Of a DNA stretch of 64,000 bases, positions 18,649-28,966 are shown piece after piece. This DNA comes from a virus: the IMG/VR virus record IMGVR_UViG_3300050821_008578, positions 1-64,000 of that record; one strand, given 5' to 3'. Position numbers and translations under genes: made by a program. The notes under the pieces were generated by a model, which was given only the letters and a program-made list of their open reading frames with translations, ran no database searches and had not been told where the DNA came from. Position 1 is the first letter of the stretch. Every line of letters begins with the position of its first letter.

Positions 18649-20508
18649 ATGTCTAGTACCAATGGGATTGGGTTTATTATAAATCCTCAATCTCTTTCAC
18701 AATCAGCTATTACCAATGACTTACAAACATGGGTACAAAGTCTCCCAGACTACCAATCATGGCAATCTTTTTTTGCTTCAAGTGCTGGTACAATAGTACT
18801 TCAATTAATTGGTGGTATGGGTGCATACATAGCTAATGCTATTATTGTTGGTCGTAGAGAAAATTATTTAGCATATACTCAAAATATGAGTTCTGCTATT
18901 GCTATTGCAGAAACACTAGGATATTCAGTTGATAGAGGTAGAAATCCAGTAGTTAGTTTTACTGTTACTCCTAATGTTACAGGATTATTTAATGCATTTA
19001 CTTCAGTAGGAACTATTTTAAATAGAGATATAATTTTATTAGAAGATACAGTATTTAATAATGGTATTGAAACTACTTTTCAAGCAGTAATTGGACAATT
19101 AGTTCAAGAACAACAAACTATTGCAAATTCAAGTCCTCAATTATTTAGATTTCAAACTGGTCCTGTTTCAGATGATTATCAATTATTATTAAATAGTAAT
19201 GTAGTTCTAACTTCTAATAGATTGATTGATTTAATAAATCAATATTTCGCAGTAATTTCAAATGTATTAGGATCAGTTGATGTAAGTTATTTAAATTTAT
19301 CTTCTTATTCAGTAATTTATGGTACTGGTGATATTTTAACATTAAATTATATATTACTTCAAGACACACAATTTTCTCTAGGTGATATAAATTTTGATTA
19401 TGGTACATTAAATACTTACAGCATAGTATCACTTTACCAAGCACCTGAAACTCTACAAGAGATTCAAGTAAATGCACCATTATTTAGTGAAACTCAATTT
19501 GTTATTCGTGGTCGTGATGATTATATGAAAATCTTCAAACTATTGAATAATACAATAAATAGTACTAGTTATATTGATGTTTCTCCTGCAGTAGTTCAAT
19601 TAACTTATGCTACTAACAACTTTTGTTTATTTACCGATGATGAATTAGCTGAATTTATAACTCAATTATCATCTTACAGAGGAATGGGTATTGAACCACC
19701 ATTGATTAGTCAACCAAGTATAAATTTCTTTAATATGAATATTACTGTAGCATTATCTGGTAGTGGAAATATTACTACTGATGTTGGTAATATATTGGAT
19801 GATTATGAACAAGTATTAGGTACTTCTGGAGCAATAGGAACAATACCCTTTTATATAGATTTTGCAGCTATTGAAAATCAAATTGATGCATTAGATTATG
19901 TTCAAATTAGCAGACCAACTTATAATCCTACTACTTGGATAGCTAATACTATTTATTATTTAGGAAATCATGTCAATGCTTCTCCAGCTAATAATGGGAT
20001 AATTTATCAAGTAGTTGGATTTATTTATGCAACTGGTTCAATTGAACCTAGTTTTGTATTAGGTAATGCCACTTATATTGATGGTCGTATTTTATGGACT
20101 AAAATTGCACCACCAGTACCTACTCCACCAATTCTTACATGGTCTTCTAGTACTGTATTTCCACCGGGATCAGTTATTTTAGCTAGCGGTTTTTACTTTC
20201 AATCTAGTAATTACACACCTTCTGCTTCAGCTATTCCTGCAGTTCCTGCTCAAGGTACTTATGAAGGAGTTACTTATACAGCTAATAATGCTGGAGCTAC
20301 AGGAAATATAATTACTCTTGATTTTGATGGTACTTCTACTAATGCTGTAATATTAAATAATTGGAATGCTGTAAATCCATCTAATCCTGCCTCTATTACT
20401 ACAGGTAGTCCAACAGGAGTTTCAACTGCTGGTACTCTGACTTTATCAGGTGGAGAAGATGAAATAACAAATGAACCAGTTTGGGGTAATTTTCCGCCGG
20501 CATGCTGA
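18649..20508 (+). CDS. Baseplate wedge protein (gp6/J-like) with C-terminal accessory modules
   Basis: RRENYLAY..SSAIAIAETLGY, ETLQEIQVNAP and RGRDDY; WxANTxY-type modules. Confidence 0.8.
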   Translation: MSSTNGIGFIINPQSLSQSAITNDLQTWVQSLPDYQSWQSFFASSAGTIVLQLIGGMGAYIANAIIVGRRENYLAYTQNMSSAIAIAETLGYSVDRGRNPVVSFTVTPNVTGLFNAFTSVGTILNRDIILLEDTVFNNGIETTFQAVIGQLVQEQQTIANSSPQLFRFQTGPVSDDYQLLLNSNVVLTSNRLIDLINQYFAVISNVLGSVDVSYLNLSSYSVIYGTGDILTLNYILLQDTQFSLGDINFDYGTLNTYSIVSLYQAPETLQEIQVNAPLFSETQFVIRGRDDYMKIFKLLNNTINSTSYIDVSPAVVQLTYATNNFCLFTDDELAEFITQLSSYRGMGIEPPLISQPSINFFNMNITVALSGSGNITTDVGNILDDYEQVLGTSGAIGTIPFYIDFAAIENQIDALDYVQISRPTYNPTTWIANTIYYLGNHVNASPANNGIIYQVVGFIYATGSIEPSFVLGNATYIDGRILWTKIAPPVPTPPILTWSSSTVFPPGSVILASGFYFQSSNYTPSASAIPAVPAQGTYEGVTYTANNAGATGNIITLDFDGTSTNAVILNNWNAVNPSNPASITTGSPTGVSTAGTLTLSGGEDEITNEPVWGNFPPAC

Positions 20509-20560
20509 TTTGATTCAGCTTATAATTCGTTTTCCAAAAGTATTGGAGTAAATTTAATTT

Positions 20561-20920
20561 ATGATTACAATACCTAACTTTACGATAGATAGTGATCTTG
20601 TATGGTTGGCTCGTACATTATTTGGTTCTCCTACTACTTGGGCACCAGGTACTAATTATCAATTAGGTGATACTGTAATTCCAACACCTACATTTTATAC
20701 TAATAATCCTTCATTTCCAACAAATTTAATGTTTCAACTTGTGGCATTTGTTGGAAAATCTAGTGGGTTACAACCATCTTTTCCATTGACAGTTGGTAAT
20801 ACAGTTAATGATAATCAAATACAGTGGTTAGCAATTAATTCAAATGCAAATCCACCTGCACTACCATTTGATCAATATTATGTTATTTCTCCTACTATTA
20901 CGATAGAATCAGCTCAATAA
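20561..20920 (+). CDS. Small baseplate protein with WAPGTNY (CBM-like) module
   Basis: WAPGTNYQLGDTV; similar to the modules in the upstream gene. Confidence 0.55.
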   Translation: MITIPNFTIDSDLVWLARTLFGSPTTWAPGTNYQLGDTVIPTPTFYTNNPSFPTNLMFQLVAFVGKSSGLQPSFPLTVGNTVNDNQIQWLAINSNANPPALPFDQYYVISPTITIESAQ

Positions 20921-20935
20921 TCAAATAGGTGTTTT

Positions 20936-21538
20936 ATCGGATTATCATTCAATTCAAATTTTACTAGTATTTTAGCAATTCCACCAAATTTGCAAGATAC
21001 ACCATTGGTGTCTAAAGTAACATCAATGATTGATTATATTGTTACTACTTATGCAACTCAATTTGAAGATATTACATATAAATATTCTAATCCTAATGGT
21101 GCTAGTCCAGATGTAATTATTAATGTAATTAATGAATTTGGATTTGAGTATATTACTAGTGTTATGAGCACAATAACTAATTTTGAATTTAATCAATTAT
21201 TAAGTTTTTTAAGTTTGATTAATTTACTTAAAGGATCTAGACAAGGTTTAGAATTAGTAATGATTCTTCTTGGATTTGATTCTGTTATTACTGAGTGGTG
21301 GCAGGCTACACCTCAAGGCACACCATTCACTTATACATTATTAGTTATTATGAATAATTCAATTGTTGCTAATCCAACATTAACATTAAATAAATTATTA
21401 ATATTTGCTAGAGCATATGTTTATCCTACAATTAGTAATTATACATATCAATTTGATTTCCAATTTGTACAAGCTGCAACTGCATTTGCAGGATTTGGTG
21501 ATCAGACTTATGACTACTCAATAAGTACAAGGATTTAA
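20936..21538 (+). CDS. Baseplate wedge protein (P2 gpI/gp7-like); start uncertain (ATC 20936 or TTG 20990)
   Basis: LKGSRQGLELVM..LG..ITEWW motif. Confidence 0.7.
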   Translation: MGLSFNSNFTSILAIPPNLQDTPLVSKVTSMIDYIVTTYATQFEDITYKYSNPNGASPDVIINVINEFGFEYITSVMSTITNFEFNQLLSFLSLINLLKGSRQGLELVMILLGFDSVITEWWQATPQGTPFTYTLLVIMNNSIVANPTLTLNKLLIFARAYVYPTISNYTYQFDFQFVQAATAFAGFGDQTYDYSISTRI

Positions 21539-24500
21539 ATGGCATTTTCTGGAATTTTGACAAACGGTGGTTTATCAGCAGCTCAACAAGCTGCAATGAA
21601 CAACGGTTTTTATATTTCGCCGACTAAATTTGGTGTTAGTAACTTAGCAGGTACTCTAGATCCTACTCGTACAATGGCCAATTCAGGCCTTTGGTTTACT
21701 GGTCTTATTTCTAGTCGCGTAGTAATAGATCAAAATACTATTGAATTTATTTGTACTATTCCACCAGGTTCAATACCACCTAATACAACTCAGACAATTC
21801 AAGAAGTATATATCTATATACAAAACCCTCTAGGACCATCTCATCCTGATATATTATTTGCTATTGGTGAAACTAGTGCATCTTCTATTATTGTTTATAA
21901 TCCAACTGGTTCAGTAACACTTGATTTACAAATAGCAATTTTAAATACTAATTTAGTATCTGAAATAGTATTTAAATATACTGAAGCAACTGAGATAGCA
22001 GCTCATAATACAGACCCCAATGCACACCCAGATTATTTAAATGCTTTACATATAGCAGCTATTTTTCCAATAGCTGGTTCTGTTCCATTTATTTATGATG
22101 GTCAATCTTATGATCAATTTCCTCAATTTGATGGAACTCCTGCTACATTAATTTATAATGGAATAACTTTTACTGCTCAGTATAATGGGCCAAATGGTGA
22201 TTCAATTACTCTAATTTTTGATGGAGTAATGACAGTTGATCAAGTATGTTCTGCTTGGAATACTTCTAATCCTACAAATCCAGTACTAAATAATAGTATG
22301 ACAGGTACAGAAGTATTACCTGCAAATACTGAAACATTAAGTGGTGGTACTTTAAATGTAGATCAACATGATGCTGTATATTGTGATACAGATGGTATAT
22401 ATAAACAAGCACTTGCTAATGGAACTATTCAAGCTCAAGTTATTGGTATTGCAGATTTTACTTATAATAAAGTAATATCCCAAGGCTTTATAGCTATGAC
22501 AACTGGTATAGCTGCTGGTACTAATCTATACTTATCAGCGACTAATCCTGGTAAAATAACTTCAGAACCTACTGGTGTGTTTCTTGGGTTGCAAGTTTAT
22601 TCAACCCCAGATACTATATTATTAATTAAATCTGGTGGGTCATCTGGTGGTACTAATAGCCAATTTGATGCTGTAGTTACTAATGCACCGGGTACAACAA
22701 ATTATACTACTACCCAATTAGCTATTAATGCTGTTGGTAGTGGTGCTAATATTCTAATTGATAAATTAGATGTATTAGGATCATTATTAACTACTAGTGG
22801 TAAACAAATAAATTTTGTATTTAATGGTGAATCTACTGGTTGGCAAAGATCAGTTGGTTTAGTTGAAATTCAATTAATTACATTTGGTTCTACCCCAGCA
22901 TCAGGAACTTGGAGATTAGAATTTGGTGGTTCAGCAACTACTGATATGGCTTATAATCTTAATGCAGCTGGAGTTCAAGCTGCATTAAATGCTATTCCTG
23001 CTATTTCTTCTGCTGGTGGATTAACTGTTACAGGAAATTATAGTAGTGGTTTTACTGTTACTTGGAATAATCCTGGACCAGAAGCATTATTTACTCAACT
23101 TAATACTGGTACTAATGAAATACAAAATGTTAATTTTAGTTCTGTACCAACTACTGGTGCATTTAGATTACAATTTTTTGATAGTCCTACTTATGAAACA
23201 GATTATCAGAATTATTTAGATAATACTGCACATTTACAAAGTCTTTGTGATGCTGTTCTTGGTGCTGGTAATAGTCTAATTGGTGGAAGTTTTGGTGCTG
23301 GTTATTATCAAATACAATATATTGGTACTAATGCTAAACAACCAATTGTTTTAGTAACAGTTCAAGAAAATACACTTTATAATGGTGCAACACCAGTAAA
23401 TACTACTGTATCAGAAGTTCAAGCAGGTGTCAGACCTGCTAATGATTTATATAATGGTTCAGATGATTTAGTTTCTATTTCTATTACAGAAGTACAACAT
23501 GGTGCTGTTGTAGGTTCATCAACAGCAATACAATTGAGTGCTAATTATTGTACATTTAATGGTTTAGGATATATAACAGGATTTACTACAGGAATTGATT
23601 TTAATGGTACTATAGGTCATCAGATTGCAGTTGCATTTGATCCAACTACAACTTATCCAATAAATCCACGAGGAGCTCTTCCTGATATAGATTATAGTAC
23701 TGATGGTTCAGTTGGTTTTGCTAATTTTGATAACCCAGAATTTAGAGTAACTCCTCATCCAACTAATCCAAATAGAGTTATTGTTAATGGTGCTACAGTT
23801 TCCAATATTGATGGAACAGTATTTTCTCAATTATTAAATAATCAGTTATTAGAATTCCCAACTTATCAAATTGATTTTGTTGCTGGTAATATTTATGCAT
23901 CAGATGGTGTTACAGTAATAAGTAGTTTTACTCCATTTGGATTAACTAATAATACTTATACTTATTGTGGTATTATTATTGAATCTGGTACTATAAATGC
24001 TGATAATACAGTTGTTGGTAATTTAACATTAATAAATGGTGGTAGTGCTATATCTCCTAGTGCTGCTAGTAAACCAACTCTTTCTCCTGGTTATCCAATT
24101 GGGTATGTATTATTAAATGGTACTGGTGGTGGAGTTTCACCATTAGTGCAAACTGATATAACATTATTTAATCCAGGTTCTAATAGTACAACTACTGATA
24201 ATTCTACTGTTTATCCTATATTAGTTCAAGAAACACCTACTGGTATAATCAATGGTACTAATACTAATTTTACTTTAAGTCAAACACCTAAAACTATTAA
24301 TTCAGTATTAGTTTTTGTTGATAATGTTCTTTTATCAAATTCACAATGGTTTTTAACTGGAACTAATCTTGATTTAAACACAGCCCCAGCTACAGGTCAA
24401 AATGTATATGTATATTATATATCTTCAAATATATATTCTAATGTAACAGCATATCAAGAACAACCAGCTACTACTTCTACTCCAGGATTATATACTCTAA

Positions 24501-25204
24501 CTCAAAATCCTATAACTCAAGCTAGTACTTTAGTTTTTGTTGATTATTTACCTGTTCCCTCTACTGATTGGAATTTAATACAATCTAGTGGTAGTTCTAG
24601 TATCCAATTTACACCAGGTAATATACCAGCTACAGGTCAAAATGTATATGTATGGTATTTATTAGATATTGGTGCTAGTACTGCTTTAGGTGGTGGTGTA
24701 TTTAATCTTAAAAATGAAGGATCAGGAGTTCCAATATTTGATAAGCTACAATTTGGGGTAGCTTATATAAGATCTTTGGTTCAAGGTAGTGGGATAGAAA
24801 TAAGTGCTGATTTATCTGGTAATATAACAATTACAGCTACAGGTGGTGGTGGGGGTAGTGGTCCTGTATCAAATGGATCATTTGCTTCTCCTATTGCTAT
24901 TGATGCTTCAACTGGTATTGTTTTAAGTTCTACTGCTTTAGACCAAGTTTGGTGGGTTACTTCTGATGGTGGTTCTCCGGGAGCAGTGCAAGTTACTGCT
25001 AATCCACAAATATCTTCAACTGCTGGTTTATCTATTGGACAAAGATTAACTCTTTTTGGTGTTACTAATGGTTCTGGTGCATATATAAAATTATCTAATG
25101 GAAATGGTATATTATCAAATGGAGATTTCACATTACCAACTATGCAATGTCTTGTATATATTTGGGATGGAACACAATTTAGTTTACAAAGTAATGAAAT
25201 TTAA
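21539..25204 (+). CDS. Large tail fibre/baseplate-attached fibre protein
   Basis: N-terminal ILTNGGL and HNTDPNAH fibre motifs; multiple beta-sandwich modules. Confidence 0.8.
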   Translation: MAFSGILTNGGLSAAQQAAMNNGFYISPTKFGVSNLAGTLDPTRTMANSGLWFTGLISSRVVIDQNTIEFICTIPPGSIPPNTTQTIQEVYIYIQNPLGPSHPDILFAIGETSASSIIVYNPTGSVTLDLQIAILNTNLVSEIVFKYTEATEIAAHNTDPNAHPDYLNALHIAAIFPIAGSVPFIYDGQSYDQFPQFDGTPATLIYNGITFTAQYNGPNGDSITLIFDGVMTVDQVCSAWNTSNPTNPVLNNSMTGTEVLPANTETLSGGTLNVDQHDAVYCDTDGIYKQALANGTIQAQVIGIADFTYNKVISQGFIAMTTGIAAGTNLYLSATNPGKITSEPTGVFLGLQVYSTPDTILLIKSGGSSGGTNSQFDAVVTNAPGTTNYTTTQLAINAVGSGANILIDKLDVLGSLLTTSGKQINFVFNGESTGWQRSVGLVEIQLITFGSTPASGTWRLEFGGSATTDMAYNLNAAGVQAALNAIPAISSAGGLTVTGNYSSGFTVTWNNPGPEALFTQLNTGTNEIQNVNFSSVPTTGAFRLQFFDSPTYETDYQNYLDNTAHLQSLCDAVLGAGNSLIGGSFGAGYYQIQYIGTNAKQPIVLVTVQENTLYNGATPVNTTVSEVQAGVRPANDLYNGSDDLVSISITEVQHGAVVGSSTAIQLSANYCTFNGLGYITGFTTGIDFNGTIGHQIAVAFDPTTTYPINPRGALPDIDYSTDGSVGFANFDNPEFRVTPHPTNPNRVIVNGATVSNIDGTVFSQLLNNQLLEFPTYQIDFVAGNIYASDGVTVISSFTPFGLTNNTYTYCGIIIESGTINADNTVVGNLTLINGGSAISPSAASKPTLSPGYPIGYVLLNGTGGGVSPLVQTDITLFNPGSNSTTTDNSTVYPILVQETPTGIINGTNTNFTLSQTPKTINSVLVFVDNVLLSNSQWFLTGTNLDLNTAPATGQNVYVYYISSNIYSNVTAYQEQPATTSTPGLYTLTQNPITQASTLVFVDYLPVPSTDWNLIQSSGSSSIQFTPGNIPATGQNVYVWYLLDIGASTALGGGVFNLKNEGSGVPIFDKLQFGVAYIRSLVQGSGIEISADLSGNITITATGGGGGSGPVSNGSFASPIAIDASTGIVLSSTALDQVWWVTSDGGSPGAVQVTANPQISSTAGLSIGQRLTLFGVTNGSGAYIKLSNGNGILSNGDFTLPTMQCLVYIWDGTQFSLQSNEI
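24386..24653 (+). repeat. 28-bp direct repeat (24386-24413 and 24626-24653) from a tandem domain duplication; 19-bp partial copy at 26833-26851
   Basis: CCAGCTACAGGTCAAAATGTATATGTAT occurs twice (PATGQNVYV). Confidence 0.85.
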
Positions 25205-25249
25205 AAATATTTAAACAATTATATTTAGATATAACAAAATGGAGAAAAA

Positions 25250-26398
25250 ATGAAAAATAAACTATTAATTCTGAGTATGTTATTACTTTCAGTAATAACA
25301 TTTGCTGCTACCCCTACAGATAAACAAATTGATACTATTCAAAATTCCACTGGTGGTTCAATATTATCAGTACCAGGTACTGGTACAACATTAGTTACTG
25401 ATACTAATTCAGTAACTCTTACTAATAAAACTATTAGTGGGTCTGCAAATACTCTTAGTAATATTTCTACATCATCTTTAGCATCTGGATTTACTTTGAG
25501 TGTTGGACAAGGTGGTACAGGGGGTATTACTTTAACTCAAAATGGTGTGTTATTCGGTAATGGTACTTCTGCTGTTGGAATCACTGCTGCAGGGTCACAA
25601 TATCAGGTATTTCAAGCTGGTGCATCTGGCACACCAACAATTGGTGCTTTACAATTGAATCAATCTGCTGCTGTAAGTGGGTCACTTGCTGTTGCTAATG
25701 GTGGTACTGGAACAACTACTTTAACAGCAAATAATGTAATATTAGGTAGTGGTTCTTCAGCAGTAACATTTGCAGCACCAACTCAATATTATTCATTGAT
25801 CGGTAATGCTTCTGGAAATCCAAGTTTTCAACAAGTTTCTTTAACTCAAGGCGTTGTAAATACTCTTCCAGTAAGTAATGGTGGTTTGGGTGCAGCTACT
25901 GAAACTCAATATGGATTGCTAATGGGTAATGGTACTAGTGCAATTACTACTGTTGGACCAAATTCTAACAGTGGGTATGTATTAACTTCTACTGGTGCAA
26001 CTTCAGCCCCTACTTTTCAAGCATTACCTTCTTCTTCTCCTTCTGTTAATAATAGTGCTGCTTCACCACAAAGTGTTACTGCTGCAGGTGGTATTACTTT
26101 AAGTACACCTACTTATCTTAATTTAGTATTTATTAAAGGTAGTGCTTCAGGAAATCAAATGGTAACTGCTACTCCTTCTATTACAGCTTGTACTCTTGCA
26201 GGTCAAACATTAACTATTATTTCTGAAGATGCTACACATACTATTACTCTTCAAAATAACGCTGACCTACCTGGTTCTCAATTATTGCTTAATGGTCCTT
26301 GGACTTCAGGAGAAAACAATTCTTCTCCTAACGTTATTAATTTGATATGTGATGGAGCAGCTACACCTGAATGGGTTGAATACTCCAGAAATAATTGA
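25250..26398 (+). CDS. Fibre-like protein with Sec signal peptide
   Basis: MKNKLLILSMLLLSVITFA; TLTNKTISG and VxNGGTG fibre repeats. Confidence 0.75.
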   Translation: MKNKLLILSMLLLSVITFAATPTDKQIDTIQNSTGGSILSVPGTGTTLVTDTNSVTLTNKTISGSANTLSNISTSSLASGFTLSVGQGGTGGITLTQNGVLFGNGTSAVGITAAGSQYQVFQAGASGTPTIGALQLNQSAAVSGSLAVANGGTGTTTLTANNVILGSGSSAVTFAAPTQYYSLIGNASGNPSFQQVSLTQGVVNTLPVSNGGLGAATETQYGLLMGNGTSAITTVGPNSNSGYVLTSTGATSAPTFQALPSSSPSVNNSAASPQSVTAAGGITLSTPTYLNLVFIKGSASGNQMVTATPSITACTLAGQTLTIISEDATHTITLQNNADLPGSQLLLNGPWTSGENNSSPNVINLICDGAATPEWVEYSRNN

Positions 26399-26449
26399 TA
26401 TTATATCTAATTACCTTATCACTTCATAAGATAATTTAAGGAAAAATTA

Positions 26450-26881
26450 ATGAAATTATTTCTATTAATTATATTTTGGTCAGCATTAGCTTACTCTACT
26501 ACCCCTGTATCAAAAACAATTGATAATCTTAAAACTACAGGTGGTAGTACCCTAGCTTTACCATCTACAGGTACTAATTTAGCCACTGATACTAATACTC
26601 TTACTTTTACGGGTAAGACTATCAGTGGTTCTAATAATACATTAAGTCAATTACCTGTTGAATCTCAAATGCAACAGGATATATTTTATGGTAATAGTAC
26701 AACAACTTCATTTACATTATCGTTTTCCCAAGTATCAGTATCTGGGTTATTATGTTATTTAGATGGTATGGCTTTAGTTCAAGGATCAAGTAATGATTAT
26801 ACTGCATCTGGTACAACATTATCACTAAATGTAGCCCCAGCTACAGGTCAACGTATTTTATGTATTTATTCAAAATATTAA
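26450..26881 (+). CDS. Short fibre-like protein with Sec signal peptide
   Basis: MKLFLLIIFWSALAYS; N-domain paralogous to 25250, C-domain paralogous to the PATGQ repeat of 21539. Confidence 0.75.
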   Translation: MKLFLLIIFWSALAYSTTPVSKTIDNLKTTGGSTLALPSTGTNLATDTNTLTFTGKTISGSNNTLSQLPVESQMQQDIFYGNSTTTSFTLSFSQVSVSGLLCYLDGMALVQGSSNDYTASGTTLSLNVAPATGQRILCIYSKY

Positions 26882-26900
26882 GGAGTTAGTTATAATTAGT

Positions 26901-27635
26901 ATGAGTAAAAATAAACATACTTGTCTAATATGTAAACAAGTAATAAATAATAGTTGGTTAATAAGACATGTAAAGAAATATCATAATATTTCTGAACAAA
27001 AATATTATGATTTAGTATTTCCTAATGAAATAAACAAAAATTGTAAATTTTGTAATAAAAAATCTAATTTATTTATTAGTTATAAACTTGGGTATAAATC
27101 ATTTTGTAATACAATTTGTTTAGGTAAAAATTTTAATAAAAGAACCCATGAATTATATCCTGATCTTATGATAAAAATTGGTAAAAAATTAGGTTATGGT
27201 TTAGGAAATGATCCTAAAAGAATAAAAATGTTACATGATAGAAATTTAGAATTACATCCTAATCATCTTAGTGATATGGGCAAAATTGGTATATTAAAAA
27301 GTTGGAATAATCCTAATTTTGGTTATACTAAAAATAAATCCTGTTATTATAAAGAAATAAGAATGAGATCATCATGGGAAAAGAAATTTGCAGAATTATG
27401 TGACGAAAATAATATCAAATTTGAATACGAACCGAAATGGTTCAAATTGTGGACTGGTAGAAGATATTTACCTGATTTCTATTTACCAGAAAAAGATTTA
27501 TGGATTGAAATAAGACCTAAATGCTATCAAAATCAAGAACTACACATGCGTGGAGTAGAACTTGGTATTAATTTTAAAGTATTAGATAAAAAACAGTTTG
27601 GTGACTTTTTCAAAGAAAAAGAAGGTGTGAAATGA
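26901..27635 (+). mobile_element. Free-standing PD-(D/E)XK-type putative homing endonuclease with Zn fingers
   Basis: RSSWEKKFA..EYEPKWF..YLPDFYLPE..WIEI; C2H2 and CxxC N-terminus; Lys-rich composition interrupting the fibre cluster. Confidence 0.7.
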
Positions 27636-28936
27636 ATAAGTTATTAACATTAATATTAATTCCATTATTTTTTACTAATAATGCATTTTCAAAAATTCAG
27701 AACGAGGATGTGAAATCTATTTCTGATATAGAATCTTCAGTACTTAGTACTACAGGTAATGTATCTAGTTCTTCAACTCCTACTTGTATTACTTCTCTTA
27801 GTTCTACTGCAAATGTAGCTGCAGGCCAATTTGTGTATGACACTACACATTCTTATATACCAGCTAGTACTACAGTTTTAGGTATTGGGACTGGGCCTTG
27901 TAGTGCTGGTCAAGTTCAGATGAGTGCTAGTTCTACTGGAACTGCCACTGGTGATACAATTACTTTTGGTGGACAACAATCACAATCAATTAATACATCA
28001 AAAATATATGATGTTACTTATACAGGTCAATTATCTACATTAATTTCAAATTCTGGTCTTGGTGCATTAGCAACAGCTGCTAGTGGTTCAGCAATGACTT
28101 CTAATGGATCTGGTACAGCAACATGGCAACCAGTTTTATCAAATCCTATGACTGCTGGTGGTCAAATGATTGGTGGGGGGACATCAGGGGTTGCAACAAC
28201 AATTGCTGCTGGTACTAGTGGTCAAGTAATAATGAGTAATGGATCATCAGTATCTTCTTTTAATACAGTACCTGGTAATTCAACTATTTTAAAATTTCCA
28301 GCAATCACTACTTATATTACTAGTGGAGGAGCATCAGGTACATATACTGTACCAACTAGCCCCAGCCCACTTTATATTATTGTTGAAATGGTTGGTCCTG
28401 GTTCTGGTGGGTCGGGGAGTGGTGCATCAGGGACAGCAAGTCAAGCAGGTAATCAATCAACTATTTTTGGAATAAATCATAGTAATTTACTTGTAGCTAC
28501 TAGTGGTGCAGCTACAGCAAATGAATTTAATTCAGGTGCTGGTGGTACTACAACTGTAAATTCTCCAGCTGTTCAAATATCAGTTTCTGTTGGAGGACAA
28601 GGATCAGCAGGAACAGATTCTTCTGGAACACCACAAACTCTTGGTGGTGCTGGTGGAGCAACACCATTTGGTGCTGGTGGGGGTGGTGGTACAGGGTTAA
28701 CTGGGGCTTTAACAGGTGTGGCTAATTCAGGTGCTGGTGGAGGTGGAGCCGGTGCTGCTGGGCCATCTGGTGCTGGTGGTTCAGGTGGAGGGTATTTAAA
28801 AGCTATGATTACTCAAACAAATTTACAAACAACATATACATGGCAATTAGGAAGTGGTGGGGCAGGTGGTACAGGTACACTAACTGGTGGTAGTGGATCT
28901 GATGGTAAAATTATTATAACTGCTTATTATCAATAA
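27632..28936 (+). CDS. Gly-rich fibre-like protein with Sec signal peptide
   Basis: MNKLLTLILIPLFFTNNAFS; C-terminal glycine-rich domain (VEMVGPGSGG...GSDGKIIITAY). Confidence 0.75.
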   Translation: MNKLLTLILIPLFFTNNAFSKIQNEDVKSISDIESSVLSTTGNVSSSSTPTCITSLSSTANVAAGQFVYDTTHSYIPASTTVLGIGTGPCSAGQVQMSASSTGTATGDTITFGGQQSQSINTSKIYDVTYTGQLSTLISNSGLGALATAASGSAMTSNGSGTATWQPVLSNPMTAGGQMIGGGTSGVATTIAAGTSGQVIMSNGSSVSSFNTVPGNSTILKFPAITTYITSGGASGTYTVPTSPSPLYIIVEMVGPGSGGSGSGASGTASQAGNQSTIFGINHSNLLVATSGAATANEFNSGAGGTTTVNSPAVQISVSVGGQGSAGTDSSGTPQTLGGAGGATPFGAGGGGGTGLTGALTGVANSGAGGGGAGAAGPSGAGGSGGGYLKAMITQTNLQTTYTWQLGSGGAGGTGTLTGGSGSDGKIIITAYYQ

Positions 28937-28966
28937 ATAATAATTAAAAATATCCTAGGAGGGTAT

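Noticed and set aside
20918-20990. Stop-codon readthrough fusing 20561-20920 to the next gene (same frame)
   Set aside because: TAA stop with no readthrough context; the downstream gene has its own SD-like AGGTG
24386-24653. Diversity-generating retroelement TR/VR pair
   Set aside because: Short identical repeats within duplicated domains, no adenine-specific mismatches, and no reverse transcriptase in the window
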